This document shows, in pieces, positions 8,577-17,341 of a DNA stretch of 64,000 nt. A program made the position numbers and the translations under genes. The notes below the pieces were generated by a model. It was not told where the DNA came from and did not search any database. It saw only the letters and a list, made by a program, of their open reading frames with translations. How positions within the stretch are numbered: the first letter of the stretch is position 1; every line of letters begins with the position of its first letter. Origin of the DNA: Nitrospinales bacterium (GTDB lineage: Bacteria > Nitrospinota > Nitrospinia > Nitrospinales > VA-1); the NCBI GenBank assembly GCA_965223345.1, contig CBDCWG010000012.1:1248001-1312000 (forward strand). Reading direction: 5' to 3'.

Positions 8577-9704
8577 CTACTCGTTCATATCCAGATAGAC
8601 GTTCACCGCATCGATTTCCTGCGCTTCGATCAGACTTGTTTTGATGTCATCGAGTTGTGATTGTGCCTGCTCAAGGCTTGCCGTGTTTTTCACACGCAGA
8701 AACAGATCGACGATCGTCTTGCCCTTGATGTGGTGCACGCGCATTCCCGTTTTCTCCAGCCAGTCGCTTTCCGGTTCCAGCAAGGGATCGACGATGTTTT
8801 TCAGATCCTCGCGTGTCGCAGGGAAGATCGGCTCGATGGCATCGTCCGCCTCGGCATCGACGTGCACCAGCACGTCCTGGAGATTGTCGAACTCCTTGAT
8901 GAGATTGCGCCGCACCCTTTCTGCGATGGTGTGCCCTTCGGTCACGGTGAGGTCGTGGTCGACCTGGATGTGCACGTCCATCATGATCTCACCGCCCACC
9001 CGCCGCGTGCGCAGATCGTGGTAGCGGACGACCTCGGGAATACCGTCGATGACATCCTGAATTCTCCGGATTTTTTTCTCGCTCAGTCCGGTGTCCATCA
9101 GATCGCGGAACCCGCCGACGAAAATTTCAAACCCGAATTTCAGGATCATGAGGGCCACCACGATGCCGGCCACAGGATCCAGAATGGGATATCCCAGCAA
9201 CGCTCCGCTGATTCCCGCCAGCGCCGCCACCGAGGAGAGGGCGTCGGACCGATGGTGCCAGGCGTTCGCGACAACGGAAGGGCTGTTGGTTTCCTCTCCC
9301 ACTTTGACGGTGTATTGAAAGAGCCCTTCGTTGACCAGGATGGAAACGATCGCTGCGGCTGCGGCCAGCCAGGTGGGAATGTGCTCTGACCCGCTTTCGA
9401 TGACCTCCCAGGCTTCCAGTCCGATGCCGATTGCCGCCACAATGATCATGCTGCCCACCAGCGTGGCGCCGATTGTCTCGGCACGGCCATGACCGTAAGG
9501 GTGGTCGTCGTCGGCCGGCATCATGCCTATTTTATGTGAGGTGAGAACGACAAAATCGGTGACCAGGTCGGACAACGAATGCAGCGCATCGGCGATCATC
9601 GCCGTGCTCAGTCCCAGCCAGCCCCCGACGAACTTGATCGCCGAGAGGAAGAGGTTGGCGGCTGCGCCCACCAGGGTCACTTTGATTCCGGGTGAAAGAG
9701 GCAT
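8577..9704 (-). CDS. Cation diffusion facilitator (FieF/MamM-like) with an extended C-terminus
   Basis: ADALHSLSD, HPYGHGRAE, NAWHHRSD motifs; transmembrane N-domain; ZT-dimer C-domain. Confidence 0.92.
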   Translation of the reverse strand: MPLSPGIKVTLVGAAANLFLSAIKFVGGWLGLSTAMIADALHSLSDLVTDFVVLTSHKIGMMPADDDHPYGHGRAETIGATLVGSMIIVAAIGIGLEAWEVIESGSEHIPTWLAAAAAIVSILVNEGLFQYTVKVGEETNSPSVVANAWHHRSDALSSVAALAGISGALLGYPILDPVAGIVVALMILKFGFEIFVGGFRDLMDTGLSEKKIRRIQDVIDGIPEVVRYHDLRTRRVGGEIMMDVHIQVDHDLTVTEGHTIAERVRRNLIKEFDNLQDVLVHVDAEADDAIEPIFPATREDLKNIVDPLLEPESDWLEKTGMRVHHIKGKTIVDLFLRVKNTASLEQAQSQLDDIKTSLIEAQEIDAVNVYLDMNE

Positions 9705-9759
9705 CGTTTATCCGATCTGGTTCAGAATTAAATTCAACGGTGGTGAAAAGACAGTCTCT

Positions 9760-10878
9760 TCACTCTTTGCGGTTTTTTTTAGCGTGCGTGCGGGCCGGGT
9801 GTCCGTTCTGCCGCAATTTGTCCAGAATTTTAGCATTCGCAGCGGGAAAAGGATATCGATCCATCTCCGCAAGCGGCACCCATTTCCAGGCATCGCAGCT
9901 GGTCGGGCGCAGCCTGCCTTTTGTCAGCGTGCAGAGAAAAACGTGCAGCGTGACGCGAAACTGCGTGTAGCTGTGTTTGACCGTCATGAATTTTTCCTTG
10001 AGGCTGACTTCGACGCCGAGTTCCTCGCGGATTTCCCGCACCAGGCCGTCTTCCGGCGTTTCCTGCTTTTCTATTTTGCCGCCGGGAAATTCCCACAGGC
10101 CGCCCATCAATCCCTTCTGCGGCCGTTTCTGGATGTAGATCTTGCCGTTGCGGCGGATCACCGCGGCGCTCACCGTGATTTTTTTTGTCGGCGTCCGGAT
10201 TTTCGCCGGCGGATAGCGCTCCTGCACGCCCTGCTTTTTCGCCTCACACGCTGTGTGCACCGGGCACAACAGACAAAGCGGGTTCTGCGGCAGGCAGAGC
10301 GTGGCTCCCAACTCCATCACAGCCTGATTGAAATCCCCGGCGCGGCGGCCGGGGATGAGTCGCTCGGCGGTCTGCCAGAGCTTGTTTTCGGACGCTTTGT
10401 TCTGGCCGTTTTCATCGAGGCAGAACCAGCGGGACAGCACCCGCTTGACGTTGCCGTCGAGGACCGGAATGCTTTTGTCGTGAGCGATGCTCAAAACGGC
10501 GCCGGCGGTGTAGCGCCCCACACCGGGGAGCGTCAGGATCGCATCGAGGGTGTTGGGAACGTCGCCAGCGTGATCTTTGACGATCTGTTTTGCAGCGCGG
10601 TGCAGGTTGCGGGCGCGCGAGTAATAGCCCAGGCCTTCCCACAGCTTGAGCACGCGCGCTTCGCGCGCCGCCGCGAGTTTGTGAACGGTGGGGAACGCGG
10701 CGACCCAGCGCTCGTAATAGGGAATCACGGTCTTGACCTGGGTCTGCTGCAGCATCATTTCCGAAACCAGGATGCGATACGGGTCCCGGGTGTCGCGCCA
10801 GGGCATGGAACGCTTTTCCCGATCGAACCAGTCGAGCAGGTTTTTCTGTAGCGTGGCGATCGATTTGGCTGAGAGCAT
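9760..10878 (-). CDS. mutY: A/G-specific adenine glycosylase MutY with a C-terminal Nudix domain
   Basis: VSEMMLQQTQV, WEGLGYYSRARNL, HhH LPGVGRYTA, VLDGNVKRV, [4Fe-4S] C-X6-C-X2-C-X5-C; full Nudix box. Confidence 0.95.
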   Translation of the reverse strand: MLSAKSIATLQKNLLDWFDREKRSMPWRDTRDPYRILVSEMMLQQTQVKTVIPYYERWVAAFPTVHKLAAAREARVLKLWEGLGYYSRARNLHRAAKQIVKDHAGDVPNTLDAILTLPGVGRYTAGAVLSIAHDKSIPVLDGNVKRVLSRWFCLDENGQNKASENKLWQTAERLIPGRRAGDFNQAVMELGATLCLPQNPLCLLCPVHTACEAKKQGVQERYPPAKIRTPTKKITVSAAVIRRNGKIYIQKRPQKGLMGGLWEFPGGKIEKQETPEDGLVREIREELGVEVSLKEKFMTVKHSYTQFRVTLHVFLCTLTKGRLRPTSCDAWKWVPLAEMDRYPFPAANAKILDKLRQNGHPARTHAKKNRKE

Positions 10879-10930
10879 GGATGAATTTGAAGAACGCGCC
10901 GGCAGGCAACGAGGGTCGATCCGGAATTCG

Positions 10931-11569
10931 TCAGACGCCGATGGCGTCCTTGCTCCAGATCACCTTGTGCAGCTGGGTCTGCAGACGCACGGGCAGGTTG
11001 TCTTTAAGGATCCATTCGGCCAGATCCTTGAGATTGAGTTTGTCGTAGACAGGAGAAAACAGAACGCGGGTTTTTTCGTTGAGTTTGTACTTTTCTAAAA
11101 TGCCCTTGCTCCATTGGTAATCCTTGCGGTCGAGAATGACGAACTTCACTTCGTCGCTGGCGTTCAGATACTCGAGGTTCGCGAAATCGTTTTTTTCGCA
11201 CTCGCCGCTTCCGGGACATTTCAGGTCCATGATCTTGATCACCGCATCGGGCACGTCTTTTACGGACAACGATCCGCCGGTTTCCAGCAGAACGCGGTGC
11301 CCCTTCTCCAGCAGCCGCCGCATCAGCGGGACGGCTTCCTTCTGCGCCAGCGGTTCGCCGCCGGTTATCTCCACGAGCGGGGTGTCGTAGGCGGCCACCG
11401 CGGCGACCACCGCATCGAGGCTCATGTCCTTGCCTTCATAAAACGCGTGCTCGGTGTCGCACCAGGTGCAGCGCAGGTTGCAGCCGGTGAGCCGCACAAA
11501 CACGCAGGGCAGTCCGGTGTGCGTCGATTCGCCCTGGATGCTCTTGTAAATTTCGTGGATCTTCAGCAT
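10931..11569 (-). CDS. queE: 7-carboxy-7-deazaguanine synthase (radical SAM)
   Basis: EIYKSIQGE, FVRLTGCNLRCTWCDT, ITGGEPL, QLHKVIW. Confidence 0.92.
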   Translation of the reverse strand: MLKIHEIYKSIQGESTHTGLPCVFVRLTGCNLRCTWCDTEHAFYEGKDMSLDAVVAAVAAYDTPLVEITGGEPLAQKEAVPLMRRLLEKGHRVLLETGGSLSVKDVPDAVIKIMDLKCPGSGECEKNDFANLEYLNASDEVKFVILDRKDYQWSKGILEKYKLNEKTRVLFSPVYDKLNLKDLAEWILKDNLPVRLQTQLHKVIWSKDAIGV

Positions 11570-11701
11570 GCCTGCTCGCCGCGAGAATGAGACGGTTGAA
11601 TTCTACACGATTCTACAACAACCGCGCCGGGGGATCATCCCCAAGGCCTGGGCAGGAATCAATGGTGAGCGCTTAACAGGCGGTATTACAGCGGTTTGTG
11701 T

Positions 11702-12094
11702 CTACTGGATGCTGACCACACCCGCCGAGTTGATGGCGTAGGTGTTGGAGCTTGCGGTGTGCGAAGCGGTCACGGCAAAGCTGGGCTCGGAGGCGTTGTT
11801 AAAAACGAGCGTCACGTTCGGAGACTGCACGTAGCCGAAAGTAGCGGAAGAGGCCACCGCGAGCGTGCAGTTGGGCGTGCCGGTCGCATCGGCCCAGTAG
11901 GCTTTGCAGACTTTGAAGATGTTCGTGAGATCGGATTTCGCGAGCGAATCGTAGCTGCGCAGTTTGTACTCGGTGAAGCGGGGAATGGCGATGGCCGCCA
12001 GAATGCCGATGATGCCGATCACGATCAACAATTCAATCAGAGTGAACCCTTTGGTGTTCTTCAGATATTTCGAGTTGAATGCCATTGTCTGCAC
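11702..12094 (-). CDS. pilA: Type IVa major pilin-like protein
   Basis: Prepilin cleavage site KG|FTLIELLIVIGIIGILAAIAIP with Glu5; short basic leader; start at 12094 (GTG) or 12085 (ATG). Confidence 0.85.
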   Translation of the reverse strand: MQTMAFNSKYLKNTKGFTLIELLIVIGIIGILAAIAIPRFTEYKLRSYDSLAKSDLTNIFKVCKAYWADATGTPNCTLAVASSATFGYVQSPNVTLVFNNASEPSFAVTASHTASSNTYAINSAGVVSIQ

Positions 12095-12143
12095 CGAGTG
12101 AGTCGCCCCCTTCAGGAAGGCGTTTGGGCCGATTGTGTGATTT

Positions 12144-12159
12144 TGTGATTTGTATCACA
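12144..12159. promoter_or_regulatory. CRP/FNR-family box overlapping the predicted pilin transcription start
   Basis: TGTGA-TTTGTA-TCACA, a perfect TGTGA-N6-TCACA. Confidence 0.6.
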
Positions 12160-12164
12160 TAAGG

Positions 12165-12180
12165 TGCAAGTCCGATACCA
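12165..12180 (-). promoter_or_regulatory. Sigma54 (-24/-12) promoter of the pilin gene
   Basis: Minus strand TGGTATCGGACTTGCA = GG-N10-GC; pilA genes are commonly RpoN-dependent. Confidence 0.7.
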
Positions 12181-12247
12181 AACGGCGAAAGTGAGTGCAG
12201 AAAAGCACAAGGGAGGGATTTACAGTTGATTATTTTTTACGCTCGAG

Positions 12248-12299
12248 TGGCAAAAATGGGAAAGATCGGCAAATATTGTCTTGATTGACAATTTTTGTA
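12248..12299. promoter_or_regulatory. Putative enhancer sites for a sigma54 activator (PilR-like)
   Basis: Three imperfect palindromes at 19-nt spacing: TGGCAAAAATGGGA, CGGCAAATATTGTC, TGACAATTTTTGTA, about 70-120 nt upstream of the -24 element. Confidence 0.45.
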
Positions 12300-12426
12300 G
12301 GGCGATTGCACGGTTTTATACCCTTTTTGGGGCAGTTTCCTGTGAAAATACAGGGTGACGCAACCGGGACAGGGGCCGGGCGGGCCATTGCACAATAAAG
12401 TGCGGTTTTTCAGTGGTTTTGGTTGT

Positions 12427-13863
12427 TCAGGAGGTGACGCCCAGGCGGCTGGTGAGGATTTTCGTGCCCATTCGCGCTTTGGCGGTGAAATCCGCCCAGG
12501 AGCGCACTTTGGCGATCTGTTTCATGATGTAGGTGGGCTGGCGGTAAAAGCGGCTGTGGCATTCGTCCTGGATGGCGCGCAGCTCCTCCTCGGAAAAATC
12601 GCGGTTCCAGAAGCGGATTTTGAATTCGGGCGTGGGGTTCTCCGCGAACCGCTGCCAGTAGTCCTCGGGCACGATGCCCTCCCTAAGCATCTGAAAATAC
12701 AATTCGGTTTTCGGGTAGGGCGTGCAGATGGAGAACTGCGCGTAATCCGGCTTCAGCTTCTTGGCGAAGTCCACGGTGTGCATCATCTCCTCGCGCGTCT
12801 CGTGCGGGATGCCGATCATCATGTAGGCGAAAAAACCGATCCCGGCTTTTTTCGTCATGCGGCAGGCGCGCAGCACCTTCTCCGGCGTCTGGCCTTTTTG
12901 CAGGTATTTTAAATGTCGCGGCGTCGCAGACTCGATGCCGTAGTGGATGCGGTAGCAGCCGGAACGCCTGAGGGCGCGCAGGATGTCTTCGTTCACCGTG
13001 TCCACCCGCGCCGATATCTTGTAATGGATCTTGAGTCCGCGCTTGACGATGCGGTCGCAGATGGCGAGCACGTTTTTCTTGTCGATGGTGATGGTGTCGT
13101 CCACGAAAAAAAGATCGTCCACACCCTGCTCCACCAGCTCCTCGATCTCGCCCACCACGCTCTCGGGCGAGCGTATGCGGAACTGGGTCTTGCGGATGTC
13201 GCAGAACGAGCAGGCGGCCGGGCATCCGCGCGTCGCCTGCAGCGTGAAGAACTGCCGTCCCTCGCCGATGATGTGCTGGTACTGCGAAACGTCCACCAGA
13301 TGCCGTGCCGGGTTGGGCAGCGTGTCGAGATCGACGAGATCGGTGCGCGCCGCATTGATCTGCGGCACGCCGTCTTGTTTCCAGCCCAGCCCCAGGACCG
13401 TTTCAAGGCGCGGCGAATCCATCCCGTCTTCTTCGAGAACCTGTGCGAACTCGGTGAAGATGGGTTCGCCTTCGCCGAACACCACGTAGTCGATTTCCGG
13501 TTGCGCCAGGGTTTCTTTCGGATACAGGTTGACGTGCGGGCCGCCGAGGCAGATTTTGAGGCCGGGGTTTTCGCGCTTGAGGGCGCGGGCGGCCTGAAGC
13601 GCGTCGAGCAGGTTGAAGGTCATGATGCTCATGGCCACCAGATCCGGCTGGATGGCGCGTACCCGCTCCAGGAGTTGCGCCTCGGACACGTTTTCCGGCG
13701 GGCAGTCGATGAACACCGGCCGCCGGCCCGAGGCGCGCTCGTAGTGGGCGGCCACGTACAACAGCCCGAGCTTGGGATAGTACCCCTTGCCGCCTTCCAG
13801 GGCCTTGGGAATCGACGAATCCAAAGACAGGGTCTCTGGCGGAACCAGGAATAAGATTTTCAT
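12427..13863 (-). CDS. Cobalamin-binding radical SAM protein
   Basis: N-terminal B12-binding domain (PKLGLLYVAA, GGPHV, GEGE); TRGCPAACSFC motif; YGIES. Confidence 0.9.
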   Translation of the reverse strand: MKILFLVPPETLSLDSSIPKALEGGKGYYPKLGLLYVAAHYERASGRRPVFIDCPPENVSEAQLLERVRAIQPDLVAMSIMTFNLLDALQAARALKRENPGLKICLGGPHVNLYPKETLAQPEIDYVVFGEGEPIFTEFAQVLEEDGMDSPRLETVLGLGWKQDGVPQINAARTDLVDLDTLPNPARHLVDVSQYQHIIGEGRQFFTLQATRGCPAACSFCDIRKTQFRIRSPESVVGEIEELVEQGVDDLFFVDDTITIDKKNVLAICDRIVKRGLKIHYKISARVDTVNEDILRALRRSGCYRIHYGIESATPRHLKYLQKGQTPEKVLRACRMTKKAGIGFFAYMMIGIPHETREEMMHTVDFAKKLKPDYAQFSICTPYPKTELYFQMLREGIVPEDYWQRFAENPTPEFKIRFWNRDFSEEELRAIQDECHSRFYRQPTYIMKQIAKVRSWADFTAKARMGTKILTSRLGVTS

Positions 13864-13955
13864 GGGAACGAAGCGGGAATTTGCTTAGAATCGGGACGTC
13901 GCCGGCCGCTGTATCAGGCCGGCTGCCGAATGATGCACTCTCAAAATAGGAAACG

Positions 13956-14933
13956 ATGCCTGTGAAACCCGTTGTCACCGTCACCAATATCTTTCCCGAG
14001 ACCGCGTTGGAGAAACTCGCGCCCCATTGCGACCTCAAGACCAACTACAGCGAAACGCCGCCGAGCCCGGAACAGCTGAAACAGTCCTTCTCCGAGAGCC
14101 AGGCGGTGATCACCTACTTATCGGACAAAATCGGACCGGACATGATCGACGCCGGTGAGAATCTCAAAATAATCGCCAACTACGGCGCGGGTTTCAACAA
14201 CATCGACGTGGCGCATGCGGCGAAGCGCGGCGTCTACGTGACCAACACGCCCGGCGTGCTGCACGAAACCACGGCGGACCTCACCTGGGCCATGCTTCTG
14301 GCGGTGGCGCGGCAGATCGTGCCTTCCGACGCCTACACGCGCGAGGGCAAGTTCAAGGGCTGGCAGGCGAAGCTGTTTCTCGGTAGCGACGTGCACGGCA
14401 AAACGCTGGGCGTCGTGGGCTGCGGCGAGATCGGCAAGGCGGTGGCGCGCCGGGCTCTGGGCTTCAGCATGCGGGTCTTGTACCACCAGCGCAAACGCCT
14501 GCCCGAGGCGGAGGAAAAACAGTTGAACGCCGAATTCGTGCCGCTGGATACGCTGCTGAAAGAATCCGATTACGTGACGCTGCACGTGCCGCTCACCGCC
14601 GAGACGCGCTACCTGATCGCGGCGGAGCAGCTCGGTCTTATGAAGCCGACGGCGTACCTCATCCACACCGCGCGCGGCAAGGTGGTGGACGATCAGGCGC
14701 TGCTGGAAGCGCTGCGCGAAAACAAAATCGCCGGCGCGGCGCTGGATGTGTACGAGAACGAACCGGAACTCACGCCCGGCATGACCGAGTTGGACAACCT
14801 GCTCTTGCTGCCGCACATCGGCAGCGCCAGCTTCGAGACGCGCGACCGCATGGCGTTGCTGGTCGCCGACAACGTGCTCGATGCGCTGAACGGGAAAACG
14901 CCGCGCAGCCTCGTGCCGGGGTGGAAGCGGTAG
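13956..14933 (+). CDS. D-isomer-specific 2-hydroxyacid dehydrogenase (glyoxylate/hydroxypyruvate reductase)
   Basis: ANYGAGFNNID, VTNTPGVL, GxGxIG, ARG, ALDVYENEP, PHIGSA. Confidence 0.92.
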   Translation: MPVKPVVTVTNIFPETALEKLAPHCDLKTNYSETPPSPEQLKQSFSESQAVITYLSDKIGPDMIDAGENLKIIANYGAGFNNIDVAHAAKRGVYVTNTPGVLHETTADLTWAMLLAVARQIVPSDAYTREGKFKGWQAKLFLGSDVHGKTLGVVGCGEIGKAVARRALGFSMRVLYHQRKRLPEAEEKQLNAEFVPLDTLLKESDYVTLHVPLTAETRYLIAAEQLGLMKPTAYLIHTARGKVVDDQALLEALRENKIAGAALDVYENEPELTPGMTELDNLLLLPHIGSASFETRDRMALLVADNVLDALNGKTPRSLVPGWKR

Positions 14934-14971
14934 ACTTCGTCTGAAAAAATGATCCTCTCTACTCGATTCCT

Positions 14972-15913
14972 ATGAGTTTTCAAAGAATCCGGCGTTTGGC
15001 TGTCAAGCTGTTCGGCAATATCAAAAGCGTTGTGTTTCATTTGATTTATTTTGTCGTCGAGGTTCCCTGGAACTCCTACAACCGGTATCTGAAGAAACGC
15101 AACCTGAAAAACCTGCGGATCCAGTTTCCCATCATAAACTCGGTCAGCTTCAATCATGTCGATTTTTTAATTTATCTTGAAAAAAAGGGAATCATCGAGG
15201 AAATGATTCTTCGAGAGGGTTCCTACGAAGGTGAGTTGTTGAAAGTTGCGGATCGCTTTATCCGGGAAAAAACGATCATCATCGATGTGGGCGCGAATAT
15301 CGGATTTGAAAGTTTGTATTTTTCAAAAAAGTATCCAGATAACCTTGTGCTGAGCTATGAGCCGACTTCATTTGCCTACGGTTGTTTGATCAGATCCAAA
15401 CAGATCAATGATCTGGGCAATTTGAAAATTTACAAGATGGGAGTGGGAGCGGCGCAGGGAAAAGTTGAAATTCATTCACCCACACACGCAACCTACAACA
15501 AGGGCTTGGCTTCGATCGGAAAAAATTTCGACATCGACGACACGTTCGTTAAGGAAACGATCGATATGGTTTGCCTGGACGAGCATGTCCAGCATGACCT
15601 GAGGGTGTCATTCATTAAAATCGACGTTCAGGGTTATGAAGAAAATGTGCTCAAGGGAGCCATCAAGCTCATTGAAAAAGACCGGCCCGTTGTTGTTTTT
15701 GAGCAAAATGACCGTTACCACACTTCTGCATTGGAAGTGAGAAGAAATATCGAATCGATTTTTTCTTGCAGGAATTATGAGCTTTATCTCATTCGATGCG
15801 GAAACACGCTGCGGCCTTACAGTTTGCTCGAAAAAATAAATTTCACCTCCGACAAAGAAATCAACGGCGACGTCATTGCCGTGCCAATCGATTCAGCAAT
15901 CGAATCGCCTTAA
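14972..15913 (+). CDS. FkbM family methyltransferase
   Basis: IDVGANIG and FIKIDVQGYE motifs; visibly AT-richer than its flanks. Confidence 0.88.
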   Translation: MSFQRIRRLAVKLFGNIKSVVFHLIYFVVEVPWNSYNRYLKKRNLKNLRIQFPIINSVSFNHVDFLIYLEKKGIIEEMILREGSYEGELLKVADRFIREKTIIIDVGANIGFESLYFSKKYPDNLVLSYEPTSFAYGCLIRSKQINDLGNLKIYKMGVGAAQGKVEIHSPTHATYNKGLASIGKNFDIDDTFVKETIDMVCLDEHVQHDLRVSFIKIDVQGYEENVLKGAIKLIEKDRPVVVFEQNDRYHTSALEVRRNIESIFSCRNYELYLIRCGNTLRPYSLLEKINFTSDKEINGDVIAVPIDSAIESP

Positions 15914-15937
15914 GTTGCTTGAAGTTGATTGCTTGCA

Positions 15938-17035
15938 TCAAACATTAAACCGAAAGTGCATGATGTCGCCGTCCTGCACGATGTAGGTCTTTCCTTCGAT
16001 ACGCAATTTCCCTGCGTCCTTGATCGCCTGTTCGGTTTTGTACTCCAGCAGGTCGTCGTAGTTGTACACTTCGGCGCGGATGAAGCCTTTCTCGAAATCG
16101 GTGTGGATGACGCCGGCGGCTTTCGGGGCGGGCTGGTTTTTCCTCAGCGTCCAGGCGCGGTTCTCCTTGCCGCCCACGGTGAAAAAGGTCACCAGGTCGA
16201 GCAGCGCGTAACCGGCCTTGATCATGATGTCGAGCCCGGTCTCGGTGATCCCCATCTCCTGCATGAAGTCCTTGCGTTCCTCGGGGTCTTCGATTTCCAT
16301 GATCTCGTTTTCCAGTTGACCGCACAGGGCGACGACCTGTGAGTTTTCGCTTTGTGCGAGTTTCTTCACCGCCTGCACCCGTTCGCATTCGCCGTCCGCC
16401 GGGTCGCCGATATTGCACACGTACAATACCGGTTTGGCGGTCAGCAGGTTTAAGGATTTGACGAAACGGATTTCCTCGTCCTTACTCCAGGTCAGCGTGC
16501 GCGCCGGGTCGCCGTTGTTGAGCGCTTCGATGATTCTTTCCAGGCAGGCGGTCTGAAAGCGCGCCTCGGCGTCGCCGCTCTTTGCGGTCTTGGCGAGTTT
16601 GGTGCGGCGGCGTTCCAGCGATTCCAGATCGGCGATCATCAGTTCGGTGTTGATCACTTCGATGTCGGACAAAGGATCGATTTTGTTGCTGACGTGCTGC
16701 ACGTTGTCGTCCTCGAAACAGCGGACGACGTGCGCGATGGCGTCGGTCTCGCGGATGTTGCCGAGAAACTGGTTGCCCAGCCCTTCACCTTTGGAGGACC
16801 CTTTGATGAGCCCGGCGATGTCCACGAACTCCAGCGTGGTGTGCACGGTTTTTTTCGCCGGTACCAGCTCGTCGATGCGGTCCAGACGCTCGTCCGGCAC
16901 CGCCACGATGCCGTTGACCGGTTCGATGGTGGCGAAAGCGTAATTGCCGATTTCCCCCCCTGCCCGGGTGAGGGCGTTGAAGATGGTGGATTTGCCGACG
17001 TTGGGCAGGCCGACCAGGCCACAGGTGAAGCCCAT
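15938..17035 (-). CDS. ychF: Ribosome-binding ATPase YchF
   Basis: GLVGLPNVGKST, FVDIAGL, GEGLGNQFL, TGS domain IHTDFEKGFIRAEV, ends FRFNV. Confidence 0.97.
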   Translation of the reverse strand: MGFTCGLVGLPNVGKSTIFNALTRAGGEIGNYAFATIEPVNGIVAVPDERLDRIDELVPAKKTVHTTLEFVDIAGLIKGSSKGEGLGNQFLGNIRETDAIAHVVRCFEDDNVQHVSNKIDPLSDIEVINTELMIADLESLERRRTKLAKTAKSGDAEARFQTACLERIIEALNNGDPARTLTWSKDEEIRFVKSLNLLTAKPVLYVCNIGDPADGECERVQAVKKLAQSENSQVVALCGQLENEIMEIEDPEERKDFMQEMGITETGLDIMIKAGYALLDLVTFFTVGGKENRAWTLRKNQPAPKAAGVIHTDFEKGFIRAEVYNYDDLLEYKTEQAIKDAGKLRIEGKTYIVQDGDIMHFRFNV

Positions 17036-17341
17036 GAGGTTCCTTTCTAAGAATCGGGCGCGCTGCGCTCAGCGGCGGCGCGCTTTTGAAAATGTCTGAA
17101 ATTGTACACTTTTTGTTAAAAAAAACCGGTTGAGCGGAAACAACCCGCGAATATTCAATCCGTTTGGTTTGGCATAATGCTTGCTGATTTAGGAGCAGGA
17201 AAGAGGTGCTGCGGTTTGGGGCCGGGTTTTCAAGGCGAAAGCCGGTCCGGGGCACTCGGGTCCTGACTGATGCGGTCATTATAGCAGACTGCGTTGCCCG
17301 CGGGCCTTTGCGGATTCATTTCAACGGATACGGAGCGGTTC

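Noticed and set aside
8577..9704. MamB/MamM-like CDF as evidence of a magnetosome island
   Set aside because: No other mam/mms genes are present; a generic FieF-like transporter explains it
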